DNA of 64,000 nucleotides from a virus (Duplodnaviria; Heunggongvirae; Uroviricota; Caudoviricetes), in IMG/VR virus record IMGVR_UViG_3300049489_000540; one strand, given 5' to 3'. The notes beneath the pieces were generated by a model. It saw nothing but the letters and a program-made list of their open reading frames with translations. It was not told the origin of the DNA and made no database searches. Position 1 is the first letter of the stretch. Every line of letters begins with the position of its first letter. A program made the translations under genes and the position numbers. Positions 38,336 through 46,844 of the stretch are shown here, piece after piece.

Positions 38336-38626
38336 TTAATCACCGAAAATCATTTTCTCAACATACTTTTTTGCTTCTTCAATATCAACAAATCGTATTT
38401 CATCATCATTAAATTTTAAAACACTTTCCAATCGAGGAATGAAATACCCATCTATCGTTTCAATACTGGCAATGTATGCACGACCAATCGCATAGTGCCA
38501 GGTTCCAGCTTGTGTGAGTTCTCGAAGCCACTCTGGCTTATATCGGCTCAATTCTGTTTGAGCAACGGCAAGAGCGTCTTGCAGTTCTGTATTTTGCTTC
38601 TCTAGAGAATCGGTATATTCGCTCAT
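38336..38626 (-). CDS. family-1 protein
   Basis: N-term MSEYTDSLEKQNTELQDALAVAQTELSRYKPEW. Confidence 0.65.
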   Translation of the reverse strand: MSEYTDSLEKQNTELQDALAVAQTELSRYKPEWLRELTQAGTWHYAIGRAYIASIETIDGYFIPRLESVLKFNDDEIRFVDIEEAKKYVEKMIFGD

Positions 38627-38958
38627 GCGTATCGTTTAAGTATTTCTTCTTCAAAGGCTTTCATAGCTTCTGCTGGGGTATCATATACTTTATTATGAGA
38701 TATGTTATCTATGGGTTCATCATCGCGTTTTTTGAAAAAAAGATTATATTTCCTATCTTTTTCTCGTAACCAAACCGACCCAAACGAATAATATCTTTTT
38801 CCATATAGCACATTTGTTGTGACGAATTCATAGTTTTCATCTTTGCATCGTACAGTTTTTATCCACTTGGGTTTCCATTTCGACAAGTCATGTTCAGTCT
38901 CGGCAAGCCGCTGTTCCAGTTCAAGAACATGCTGCTCTAGTGACTCGGTGTAAACCAT
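38623..38958 (-). CDS. family-1 protein
   Basis: N-term MVYTESLEQHVLELEQRLAETEHDLSKWKPKW; ATGA overlap. Confidence 0.65.
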   Translation of the reverse strand: MVYTESLEQHVLELEQRLAETEHDLSKWKPKWIKTVRCKDENYEFVTTNVLYGKRYYSFGSVWLREKDRKYNLFFKKRDDEPIDNISHNKVYDTPAEAMKAFEEEILKRYA

Positions 38959-38997
38959 AAGCAGCTATCCTATACCCTATATGCAGTTTTTCAACAA

Positions 38998-39354
38998 CTA
39001 TTTTTTAGATGTATACGGTACAACAGTACGACCATGGGCATAATTCCTCAACATATCAATGTCATAAATGGACCCACAAGGATTACAACGGTCTTTAACT
39101 GACTTATATAGTCTGCTACTGCTATATGGCGTTGGCGACGATAATGGAACCACATAAACAACGTCCAGCATCGGAACAACCACCAAATCAGCAGTAATAT
39201 TCAAAGCAGCTTCTCTAGAAACATTACCATCACAAATAACAACGAATCGTGTATTGTTTTGTAAATCTTCAACTGTCTTTTGTTGAATAGCAAGCTGCTC
39301 TTGCAGTTCCTCGATGTGTAATTCCAATTGGCGGGTATAGGATTTATGCTGCAT
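38998..39354 (-). CDS. family-1 protein
   Basis: MQHKSYTRQLELHIEELQEQLAIQQKTVEDL from an internal Met; 11-nt overlap with upstream gene. Confidence 0.55.
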   Translation of the reverse strand: MQHKSYTRQLELHIEELQEQLAIQQKTVEDLQNNTRFVVICDGNVSREAALNITADLVVVPMLDVVYVVPLSSPTPYSSSRLYKSVKDRCNPCGSIYDIDMLRNYAHGRTVVPYTSKK

Positions 39355-39667
39355 ATTTAGGTCCAAATAGCACTTCGACATGCGCTTTCGCCTCTTCAAT
39401 CGAAGTAAAAAATTTCTGCACAGGAGGACTCATATCAACATGATATTTACTGTCATCGGTTATTGATTGCCGTATGGTAGCTAAACAGATACCGTTGATC
39501 ATATATTTTGTGTACCAACTGAAAATTGCTCTTGGTGGCTGTGCAGCATCTTCCCATCGCGGAACCAATCGTTGTAGTGCTTCAACTTTAGCTTCCGATA
39601 CTGCAAGCTGCTCTTGCAGTTCTTCAATGTGCTGTTCTAGGTCCAACACATAACTCACAAAACACAT
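39344..39667 (-). CDS. family-1 protein
   Basis: N-term MCFVSYVLDLEQHIEELQEQLAVSEAKVEALQRL. Confidence 0.65.
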   Translation of the reverse strand: MCFVSYVLDLEQHIEELQEQLAVSEAKVEALQRLVPRWEDAAQPPRAIFSWYTKYMINGICLATIRQSITDDSKYHVDMSPPVQKFFTSIEEAKAHVEVLFGPKYAA

Positions 39668-40062
39668 CCTTTGAATAACACGATTTCTTTAAATGTTTCT
39701 TGCATGTACACGGTCCCATCTTCATCTTTTGCCACGCGAGTAAACCCTTGAACACGGATACACGCATGTGCAATCATGAATCCTTGTTGTATGTTTTCTG
39801 CATGCGTCACAAACATATACCATGGGAGATAGTTTGGCAATTCTGGCATATCAACTGTAAATTTACGCTTAATAAGATCATGGGCTACGGATCTTGTTAT
39901 CTCTTCACGCAATCCTGTTATTCCATGTTCTTTGGTGTAATTAATATGAAGTTCGTAGTAATACCGTGGTCTATGCCACAGCCAATCATTGGTTGCTTGC
40001 TCTTTAGCAAGCAACTCTTGTAGCTGCTCAATATGCTCTTCAAGTTGCTTCGAGTAGCTCAT
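39655..40062 (-). CDS. family-1 protein
   Basis: N-term MSYSKQLEEHIEQLQELLAKEQATNDWLW. Confidence 0.65.
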   Translation of the reverse strand: MSYSKQLEEHIEQLQELLAKEQATNDWLWHRPRYYYELHINYTKEHGITGLREEITRSVAHDLIKRKFTVDMPELPNYLPWYMFVTHAENIQQGFMIAHACIRVQGFTRVAKDEDGTVYMQETFKEIVLFKGCVL

Positions 40063-40424
40063 CGGTGTAGCTCATACATAATTTTTATATTTGTTGTTTT
40101 TGCACTCATTCCGTCAAACTCGTCATGGTTATGGTAAGGAAGAGCAACCAATGTGAGCATGAATGTTCTTATATGCTTTTTTGGAAACATAGCCATGAGA
40201 AGGAAATCTATTCCATTCTCTTTAATACTTTTCAGCATGCGAGTCATATGACTTCGAACGATGAATCGCCGTTGAGATTCTTCATCCGTTTCATGAAGCA
40301 TAACATAGTAAAAGTGTAATCTTTGCCTTTCTTTCCAGGCAATGAATGCCCGAGCCTCACTAAGCAACTCTATAAGCTGCTCGTTCTGCTTTTCCAGAGA
40401 TTCAGTGTAGGCTTTAGAGTTCAC
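40059..40424 (-). CDS. family-1 protein
   Basis: N-term MNSKAYTESLEKQNEQLIELLSEARAFIAWKE; ATGA overlap. Confidence 0.65.
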   Translation of the reverse strand: MNSKAYTESLEKQNEQLIELLSEARAFIAWKERQRLHFYYVMLHETDEESQRRFIVRSHMTRMLKSIKENGIDFLLMAMFPKKHIRTFMLTLVALPYHNHDEFDGMSAKTTNIKIMYELHR

Positions 40425-40698
40425 TTGTCTCTTTATTGGTATTACGATTAGCTATACCATAACTCGCCTCTTCGCTCCGTCGATACCGCGCCAGGTACGC
40501 ACCATATAGCCGACCTCGTTCATCTGGACTGTGTGTTGATAGTTTCCGACCCTTAATACGATCCGACAATCGACACCATTCTTCGTAGGTCATCGGTGGC
40601 AATCGTTTCAACAACGGATCATTCTTACGGTATTTAACTACCTTGACCGATCCAAGTCCCCTGGTAGCTCCTACAAAGTTGTGTGAGTGTATGCCCAT
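40414..40698 (-). CDS. hypothetical basic protein
   Basis: 94-aa ORF, Arg/Lys-rich. Confidence 0.4.
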   Translation of the reverse strand: MGIHSHNFVGATRGLGSVKVVKYRKNDPLLKRLPPMTYEEWCRLSDRIKGRKLSTHSPDERGRLYGAYLARYRRSEEASYGIANRNTNKETSEL

Positions 40699-40709
40699 AA
40701 GTTATATCT

Positions 40710-41072
40710 TTATATGTATTTTTCTTTGTACTCTTTATGAACCATATCCATAGCCTTGAAAATTTTCTCCATATGTTGTTTCACTTCGTCAAATGTTCTG
40801 AAATCACTAAATTTAAACTCCCATTTATCATCCGAAAATACTTTATATAAGTCTTCCGAGTAAGAAATACAAAATTTACTACTGGCATGTTGTCGAGTCA
40901 CAGAACAGAGAATTATTGTGGACATATATAATTTTGCTTCAAATACATTGTGTCGTGGTTTTGGATTTATGAACCACTCTGGTGTCCACCTTTCGGCTAC
41001 TGCCAGGCGCTCCGTCAAATCCTCATTCCGCCTTTCTAATTCGGCTACATACTGTTGCATGGGGGTCGGCAT
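40710..41072 (-). CDS. family-1 protein
   Basis: N-term MPTPMQQYVAELERRNEDLTERLAVAERWTPEW. Confidence 0.6.
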   Translation of the reverse strand: MPTPMQQYVAELERRNEDLTERLAVAERWTPEWFINPKPRHNVFEAKLYMSTIILCSVTRQHASSKFCISYSEDLYKVFSDDKWEFKFSDFRTFDEVKQHMEKIFKAMDMVHKEYKEKYI

Positions 41073-41075
41073 ATG

Positions 41076-41348
41076 TTATTTTCCAGAACGCTGCCGCCTC
41101 GGCTTCACGGTACCCCAGCGTGTCTTGTCCCGATCCGGCAGCGTCTTTCGTCCCTTGATCGACACAAACTGCGCCTTGTCAGGAAAGTCAGCGACTCCAA
41201 GATACAAGTGCCGTATGGTATTCAACATAGGATACTTGTCCACATCAAGGTCCATATAATGCAGATACTCACATACCCGCATAAAGGCTATGAATTCCTT
41301 GGTGTCTTTACACTGAATATGCATGGTGAGCCACATGCTACATAACAC
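41076..41348 (-). CDS. hypothetical protein
   Basis: 90-aa ORF. Confidence 0.4.
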   Translation of the reverse strand: MLCSMWLTMHIQCKDTKEFIAFMRVCEYLHYMDLDVDKYPMLNTIRHLYLGVADFPDKAQFVSIKGRKTLPDRDKTRWGTVKPRRQRSGK

Positions 41349-41384
41349 ATGCCATTTTTCAAGACATATTCTAAAAACAGCAGC

Positions 41385-41412
41385 TTGACTATTTCCTAAA
41401 GCCTATTAGTAT
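41385..41412 (+). promoter_or_regulatory. sigma70-like promoter TTGACT-N16-TAGTAT upstream of the + family-2 array; near-duplicate of 43786..43813
   Basis: cttgactatttcctaaagcctattagtatcaacc versus cttgactattttttaaaacctactagtatcacc. Confidence 0.55.
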
Positions 41413-41460
41413 CAACCATGTGTCATTTTATAGGTACTGTGAATTACTCAAAGGATTGAC

Positions 41461-41742
41461 ATGAACATTGTTAAATACAATGCTTGTAGAGACATTTGCC
41501 TTTATCATGTCATGGATAGTGTTAAGAATGATGTTGGCATGCTTATGCATAACGAAATAGAACACAACATTACGAAGTTCGTTACCAGCCTCGTTTTCGA
41601 TAATATTGAAACTCACGTTGAGTCTTCCGTAGACGATAATGTATGGGAACCTGTATGGGATAGTATGTTCAGTAATGTTGTATGTAAAATATTTACGGAT
41701 TCACAGCTTGAAGCGGCATTTGCAGCACTGGAGCGGATATGA
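41461..41742 (+). CDS. family-2 mini-protein (array 2, gene 1)
   Basis: SD aaagga; V-x-x-x-V-x-x-N octad/tetrad repeats; ends DSQLEAAFAALERI; ATGA overlap. Confidence 0.65.
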   Translation: MNIVKYNACRDICLYHVMDSVKNDVGMLMHNEIEHNITKFVTSLVFDNIETHVESSVDDNVWEPVWDSMFSNVVCKIFTDSQLEAAFAALERI

Positions 41743-42005
41743 AATCCATTATTAACGATGTTTGCGATACTCTGGATAAGTTAGATAATGTTGAAGGTAT
41801 CAGAATATATATTCAGGAGCATGCTTCGGTGCGTGCATATAATCCAGTCTGGGACATTGTTCAGTTAACTGTCTGGGATAATGTCTGGGAGAATGTGTTA
41901 AACCATCTTGATGCTGAAATTACAAGCACATTTTGTCATATGAAATATAAAAGATTCACCAAATCACAGCTTCAAGCCGCTTACCAGGCACTGGAGCAGC
42001 TATGA
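41739..42005 (+). CDS. family-2 mini-protein
   Basis: ends KSQLQAAYQALEQL; ATGA overlap. Confidence 0.65.
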   Translation: MKSIINDVCDTLDKLDNVEGIRIYIQEHASVRAYNPVWDIVQLTVWDNVWENVLNHLDAEITSTFCHMKYKRFTKSQLQAAYQALEQL

Positions 42006-42253
42006 AGGATAATGTGAGGGTCCGTATATGGGTTGATGTTCGTAGCAACATCATAGATAATGTTTGGAGTATTCTCAAACGGATCATTAGGGAACATACT
42101 GGTGTTAACGTCAGAAATAGTGTATGGGATAATATTCCAGAGCGCACTACGGATGACATGGAGGGTCTTACGAAGCCACATATCATGCATCATCTATGTA
42201 AGTCAACGGACCAACAGCTTGAAGCTGCTTACTTAGCACTGGAGCGGATATGA
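42002..42253 (+). CDS. family-2 mini-protein
   Basis: ends DQQLEAAYLALERI; ATGA overlap. Confidence 0.65.
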   Translation: MKDNVRVRIWVDVRSNIIDNVWSILKRIIREHTGVNVRNSVWDNIPERTTDDMEGLTKPHIMHHLCKSTDQQLEAAYLALERI

Positions 42254-42513
42254 ACCAGAGCCATCATAGAGATATTGTGATACGCCATGAAATAAAGGAT
42301 TATGTTGGTAGTATTGTCAGAAGTAAAGTTATAAGTCGTTGTGTAGACAAAGTAAAAGCTAATACCTTGGGTAATGTGTATGCTGATGCTACATCACATA
42401 TTCGTGATAATGTTAGGAGTTTTATTGATACAAATACTATAGCTAATGTTGGAAAAAGATCATGTACAGATTCACAGCTTGAAGCAGCTTACCAGTCACT
42501 GGAGCAGATATGA
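42250..42513 (+). CDS. family-2 mini-protein
   Basis: ends DSQLEAAYQSLEQI; ATGA overlap. Confidence 0.65.
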   Translation: MNQSHHRDIVIRHEIKDYVGSIVRSKVISRCVDKVKANTLGNVYADATSHIRDNVRSFIDTNTIANVGKRSCTDSQLEAAYQSLEQI

Positions 42514-42767
42514 TCGAGGATTATATAAAAGATTCTGTCTTGGAAACTATTCGGTCAACAACCAGTAACCGTTTAGATTCTATTATCATGGATAAGGCTT
42601 ATGACATTATGGATATTGTCAGAGAGAATGTTTGGGATCATCTTGATGGCAGTATATGGTCTAATGTCGATATGAATGTTAGGAATCAAATATGTCATGT
42701 TGCCCGTTATCAGTTGTTCACTCATTCACAGCTTGAAGCAGCTTATACCGTATTGGAGCAGATATGA
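42510..42767 (+). CDS. family-2 mini-protein
   Basis: ends HSQLEAAYTVLEQI; ATGA overlap. Confidence 0.65.
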   Translation: MIEDYIKDSVLETIRSTTSNRLDSIIMDKAYDIMDIVRENVWDHLDGSIWSNVDMNVRNQICHVARYQLFTHSQLEAAYTVLEQI

Positions 42768-43015
42768 GTAATGCAAAAAATGAAGAAATTTTATGGTGTA
42801 AACTCTGGAATAAGATCAAACAACGAAGCTGGAGTGTTGTCGCAAATAGTAATAGGGTTCACAATGTTCATGCTCATATCTGGACCAATGTTGATAATAG
42901 GATTGATTCGTGGCTCATGAGACATATACGGTCGGAAGTTAAGGAGACTATTCGTGATCGTAGATATGCTGAATTGCAACTTGAGGCAGCTTACCAGGCA
43001 CTGGAGCAGATATGA
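42764..43015 (+). CDS. family-2 mini-protein
   Basis: ends ELQLEAAYQALEQI; ATGA overlap. Confidence 0.65.
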   Translation: MSNAKNEEILWCKLWNKIKQRSWSVVANSNRVHNVHAHIWTNVDNRIDSWLMRHIRSEVKETIRDRRYAELQLEAAYQALEQI

Positions 43016-43263
43016 AACGTATATATATCCAAGTCAACGAAAAGGTTTGGGATGCGGTTAAGAAAGCAACAGATAGGCATATAAAACAGACATTTAAATA
43101 TGGTGTAGATCCCGTCAGCAGGCATGTTGATGATGTTGTCTACGATAATGTTTGGAATAATGTCTTGATGCATATTCGTATACGAGTAAACCATTCCAAC
43201 ATACGCAGATTATATACTGATTCGCAGCTTGAAGCCGCTTATGAGTCGCTGGAGGGATTATGA
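43012..43263 (+). CDS. family-2 mini-protein
   Basis: ends DSQLEAAYESLEGL; ATGA overlap. Confidence 0.65.
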   Translation: MKRIYIQVNEKVWDAVKKATDRHIKQTFKYGVDPVSRHVDDVVYDNVWNNVLMHIRIRVNHSNIRRLYTDSQLEAAYESLEGL

Positions 43264-43505
43264 ACCGATGTGAAAATACAGCCATCAATGATGTTTGGGA
43301 TAATATCTTATACAAAGCGCGGGAAGCCGTTAGATTCAGCATCGATAATGAATTATTTGAATTTGTTGAACTTCATATCGATATGAGAGTCCACAGTAGT
43401 GTGTGGAGTAACATCGGTGCCCCGACTTTTAACATGAATTTTAAACATATAATATGCACAGATTCGCAGCTTGAAGCCGCTTACCAGGCACTGGAGCAGT
43501 TATGA
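43260..43505 (+). CDS. family-2 mini-protein
   Basis: ends DSQLEAAYQALEQL; ATGA overlap. Confidence 0.65.
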   Translation: MNRCENTAINDVWDNILYKAREAVRFSIDNELFEFVELHIDMRVHSSVWSNIGAPTFNMNFKHIICTDSQLEAAYQALEQL

Positions 43506-43789
43506 TACTGGATGATATTTTCGCGGCTACTACGAATACTTCTGAGGGTACAATTAGACATGGTGTTGCGTCCATTGCCAAGACGAGAATCAAAGATAAT
43601 GTCGATGAGAATGATTATTGGAGCGTGTGGAACAGTGTGTTGGTTAGTAGTAGGAGTAATGTTATGGATAATGTCAATGAACATATCGCTAATAATACTT
43701 TGCGCAAATTCAAATACTTTTTCAGAGATGCGTCAATTACTGATTCGCAGCTTGAGGCTGCATATGCTGCTTTAAAAACTACAACTTGA
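43502..43789 (+). CDS. family-2 mini-protein (last of array; modified C-terminus)
   Basis: ends DSQLEAAYAALKTTT; stop overlaps the duplicated promoter. Confidence 0.6.
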   Translation: MILDDIFAATTNTSEGTIRHGVASIAKTRIKDNVDENDYWSVWNSVLVSSRSNVMDNVNEHIANNTLRKFKYFFRDASITDSQLEAAYAALKTTT

Positions 43790-43813
43790 CTATTTTTTAA
43801 AACCTACTAGTAT
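43786..43813 (+). promoter_or_regulatory. sigma70-like promoter TTGACT-N16-TAGTAT (duplicate of 41385..41412)
   Basis: -10 ends 10 nt before the ATG at 43824, so a near-leaderless transcript. Confidence 0.5.
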
Positions 43814-43823
43814 CACCAGTGTA

Positions 43824-43985
43824 TGACGCTTATCATTAGCACTATCATCGCCTTTATTCTCGTTCGATTCGTTATCTATCTGTTTAGCGATGATGAACAA
43901 ACATCATGCCCGACATGCGACGATGCTCGCTTTCAGAGCAACGATGACAAATGCCCTGTATGCCGCAAGCCTCGCCACCGATAAT
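43824..43985 (+). CDS. small membrane protein with C-terminal zinc ribbon, not in ORF track
   Basis: 53 aa MTLIISTIIAFILVRFVIYLFSDDEQTSCPTCDDARFQSNDDKCPVCRKPRHR. Confidence 0.4.
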
Positions 43986-44090
43986 GCTAAGGAATCTTAT
44001 GATTGGTTTCGTGCTTATTTCAGCATGCTTTATTTTTCTAATCGTCGCTATTCTCTTTATCCTATTTAAATCTGATAGGCAATAACGGGA

Positions 44091-44369
44091 TCAAAATCCC
44101 TTGTGCGGCTCGATCCCAGCGGGCACGGTATATGGCAGCACAACCACGCCCTGCGCCGTTCGCACGACCATGAATTGCTGCCCATAAGCATCAGCAATAA
44201 CCGTGACGAGGAAGTTGAATCCTACCTTATCATCTGAAATGATTTTGAATGCTGATGGGGCTACTTCAACGGGAGCTTCTGGTTTAGATGGGCTAAAAAT
44301 CATATAAATCCAAAAGATAACCACCGACACTATCGCAATCGCTATCAAACAATCAGCGAGGAACCTCAT
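44091..44369 (-). CDS. single-TM protein, paralog of 37575..37850
   Basis: N-terminal TM LIAIAIVSVVIFWIYMIF; C-term GQQFMVVRTAQGVVVLPYTVPAG. Confidence 0.5.
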   Translation of the reverse strand: MRFLADCLIAIAIVSVVIFWIYMIFSPSKPEAPVEVAPSAFKIISDDKVGFNFLVTVIADAYGQQFMVVRTAQGVVVLPYTVPAGIEPHKGF

Positions 44370-44419
44370 AGTTTATTTCTCCGTGCATATTATAGTTGTA
44401 TATGTATAAAGTCAATGGT

Positions 44420-44674
44420 CTACGGTGACTCTTCCATAACTCTGTAAGCTGCTTGAAGTTGTGATTCTGTAAATGATGCGTATTCGAAATGAGCAATAGT
44501 AATAGCTCTAATGTTCCATCCAACATTATTCCAAACATTAATTCCAGTATTATCATCTATATGATCTCCGACTAAAATCCAATCATCCTCACCGACATGA
44601 GTTCTGACAGCACCGTAGCTTTTAACTCTGATACTTATCCCAACATCAGGATCTACATTATGTAGGATTTTCAT
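44420..44674 (-). CDS. family-2 mini-protein (minus array, last gene)
   Basis: ends ESQLQAAYRVMEESP. Confidence 0.6.
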   Translation of the reverse strand: MKILHNVDPDVGISIRVKSYGAVRTHVGEDDWILVGDHIDDNTGINVWNNVGWNIRAITIAHFEYASFTESQLQAAYRVMEESP

Positions 44675-44922
44675 ATCCGCTCAGTCGCTTCATAAGATGC
44701 TCGAAGCTGTGAATCAGTGAACGATGTATATCCGACAGTATCATGAACATTATTCCAGACATTGCGTTTGATATTAATCCATATATTATCATGAATATTA
44801 GCTCTGATATAAGCTCCGACATAAGTTAATGCAATAGTTTCAGCACCACGCCCGATAATACCATGTGCATTGCTCCATATATCAGCCTTGACAGTTTCCA
44901 AGACACTATTTTTAACTCTCAT
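44671..44922 (-). CDS. family-2 mini-protein
   Basis: ends DSQLRASYEATERI; ATGA overlap. Confidence 0.65.
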   Translation of the reverse strand: MRVKNSVLETVKADIWSNAHGIIGRGAETIALTYVGAYIRANIHDNIWINIKRNVWNNVHDTVGYTSFTDSQLRASYEATERI

Positions 44923-45158
44923 ATCCGCTCCAATGCTTCAAATGCCGCTTCAAGTTGTGATTCGACATTCTTTTTACTAATGAATGTAGACGAAACCACA
45001 TGTCCGATATTGCGTCTGACATGATCTATGACATTAGCACTGACATTATTAAATATATTATTCGTGACAATGTGCATGATGTCAGCACCAACATGATTCT
45101 CGGCATTATCAAAGCCATTTTGTAAGATCCGGTTTTTGACAAGATTCCTGACATTCAT
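44919..45158 (-). CDS. family-2 mini-protein
   Basis: ends VESQLEAAFEALERI; ATGA overlap. Confidence 0.65.
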   Translation of the reverse strand: MNVRNLVKNRILQNGFDNAENHVGADIMHIVTNNIFNNVSANVIDHVRRNIGHVVSSTFISKKNVESQLEAAFEALERI

Positions 45159-45394
45159 ATCTGCTCCAATGCTGCATAAGCACCTTCAAGCTGCGAATTG
45201 GTACATGAATTTCTTTTAAACCTAGTCTTGACCGTATCTCTAACATTCATATAGAAATTGGTTCTGACATTGGCTCTGACATGAAACCAGACCTTACCTT
45301 GAAGATTATTTCTGACATTATTCTTGATATAAGACCATGTACTGTCTCTGACATCACTTCTAATATCTTTTGTAATACCTAGCATAATACTCAT
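45155..45394 (-). CDS. family-2 mini-protein
   Basis: ends TNSQLEGAYAALEQI; ATGA overlap. Confidence 0.65.
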   Translation of the reverse strand: MSIMLGITKDIRSDVRDSTWSYIKNNVRNNLQGKVWFHVRANVRTNFYMNVRDTVKTRFKRNSCTNSQLEGAYAALEQI

Positions 45395-45672
45395 ATTTTC
45401 TCCATTGCTGCATACGCTGCTTCAAGCTGCGAATACATGTGTGGTAGTCCGCGTCCGTAGTTGAATCTATTTCTGACATCCTCCCAAACACGATCACCCA
45501 CATTAGCCCATACATTGACTCTGACAGTATTTCTAACATTCATAAAAATAAGAGCAATATTACCATTATTATTTTTATCTATACAAATATCAGCTTTATA
45601 TCGGGCAAGCTTTAAGACAGTATAATCGACACTACCCCAAATATTATCCCAGACATATTCATCTGTACTCAT
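45391..45672 (-). CDS. family-2 mini-protein
   Basis: ends MYSQLEAAYAAMEKI; ATGA overlap. Confidence 0.65.
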   Translation of the reverse strand: MSTDEYVWDNIWGSVDYTVLKLARYKADICIDKNNNGNIALIFMNVRNTVRVNVWANVGDRVWEDVRNRFNYGRGLPHMYSQLEAAYAAMEKI

Positions 45673-45914
45673 ATCCGCTCCAATGCTGCATAAGCGGCTT
45701 CAAGTTGCGAATCATCATGTAGTGATTTGAATGCGAAATTATCTACAGTATCATAATAAACATGACTACCGACATTAGCCCATACGGTATCTCTGACAGT
45801 ATTTCTGATATTAATATAAACATCATTAACATATTCACACTTATCAGCTTTAGATCGAGCAACACCAAAGACATTATCTCTGACATCTTTCCAGCAATTA
45901 TGTCCAAACATCAT
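45669..45914 (-). CDS. family-2 mini-protein
   Basis: ends DDSQLEAAYAALERI; ATGA overlap. Confidence 0.65.
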   Translation of the reverse strand: MMFGHNCWKDVRDNVFGVARSKADKCEYVNDVYINIRNTVRDTVWANVGSHVYYDTVDNFAFKSLHDDSQLEAAYAALERI

Positions 45915-46162
45915 AGCTGCTCCAGTGCTTCGTAAGCTGCTTCAAGCTGCTGGTTTGTATATACTTTACGAATAGTATAACTTTTAACATACATTCTGGC
46001 ATTACTCCTGACATTATCGGAGACATTGGTACTGACAAATGCTAAAATATAATCCACAGCATCGGCTCTGACGCCAATCTCAACATTACTCGCAGAATTT
46101 ATCCTGGCTTGAGCCTTAATACTATCCCAGACATAAGCCAAAACAGATTTATCTACTCTCAT
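45911..46162 (-). CDS. family-2 mini-protein
   Basis: ends NQQLEAAYEALEQL; ATGA overlap. Confidence 0.65.
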   Translation of the reverse strand: MRVDKSVLAYVWDSIKAQARINSASNVEIGVRADAVDYILAFVSTNVSDNVRSNARMYVKSYTIRKVYTNQQLEAAYEALEQL

Positions 46163-46476
46163 ATTTGCTCCAGTGACTTGTAAGCGGCTTCAATCTGCGA
46201 ATCACATTCACATTCAATTTTATATTCAAGATTGGTGTCAACATGTTTAGCCACATGAGCATAAATGTGAGCCTCAACACCAAGCCAAACATTTCTTTCA
46301 ACACGCTCCCAAATATTACTCTCAACAAGGTTGAAGATAGATAGCTTGGTTTGTTTAAAAACAACAGCCTTAGCGGTATGTCCAATGTCAGACCAGACAT
46401 TGACCCGAACATCGTTACGGACAACATGCATGTTGCTACACCTATCGTTGCATTTAAGCTTACGAGTATTCTTCAA
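46159..46476 (-). CDS. family-2 mini-protein (true start may be the internal Met at 46431)
   Basis: ends CDSQIEAAYKSLEQI; NVWxxV repeats. Confidence 0.6.
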   Translation of the reverse strand: MKNTRKLKCNDRCSNMHVVRNDVRVNVWSDIGHTAKAVVFKQTKLSIFNLVESNIWERVERNVWLGVEAHIYAHVAKHVDTNLEYKIECECDSQIEAAYKSLEQI

Positions 46477-46535
46477 AAAGTCAACAATGACTTTTTAAAG
46501 TACCTATGAATGTAAACACATGCAGCTAAAGGTGT

Positions 46536-46844
46536 TTATTCCAATGCGGCATAAGCAGCTTCGAGTTGACTTTCGATATTTGGTGTGTTGAGGAAATTAC
46601 CTCTGATATTTCCGTCAACATTATTACTGACATTTTCAATAACATTATCCCAAACATTCCTATTTACATGAATCTTAACATTATCAAAAACACGAACATT
46701 GGTATTATTCTTGACATGATTCCTGGTACGATTCTTGACACTATCCCAAACCTTTGTCATGACATCGTTCCAGACAGCATTTTTGACATGAAGCCTGGTA
46801 CTGATCTTCATGACATCGTTCCAGACAGCATTTTTGACACTCAT
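46536..46844 (-). CDS. family-2 mini-protein (first gene of minus array; internal 31-nt duplication)
   Basis: ends IESQLEAAYAALE; the VKNAVWNDVM segment appears twice because of the direct repeat catgacatcgttccagacagcatttttgaca; ATGA overlap with the regulator gene. Confidence 0.6.
   Translation of the reverse strand: MSVKNAVWNDVMKISTRLHVKNAVWNDVMTKVWDSVKNRTRNHVKNNTNVRVFDNVKIHVNRNVWDNVIENVSNNVDGNIRGNFLNTPNIESQLEAAYAALE

Noticed and set aside
44353-44556. 67-aa - ORF bridging the membrane-protein gene and the first family-2 cassette
   Set aside because: It overlaps two better-supported genes in another frame and has no Shine-Dalgarno.
36548-46844. CRISPR array interpretation of the periodic conserved-repeat plus variable-insert structure
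   Set aside because: The repeats are 38 nt, but the inserts are ~210 nt and form continuous in-frame ORFs with ATGA overlaps. There is no leader or cas gene. These are coding cassette arrays, not CRISPR.
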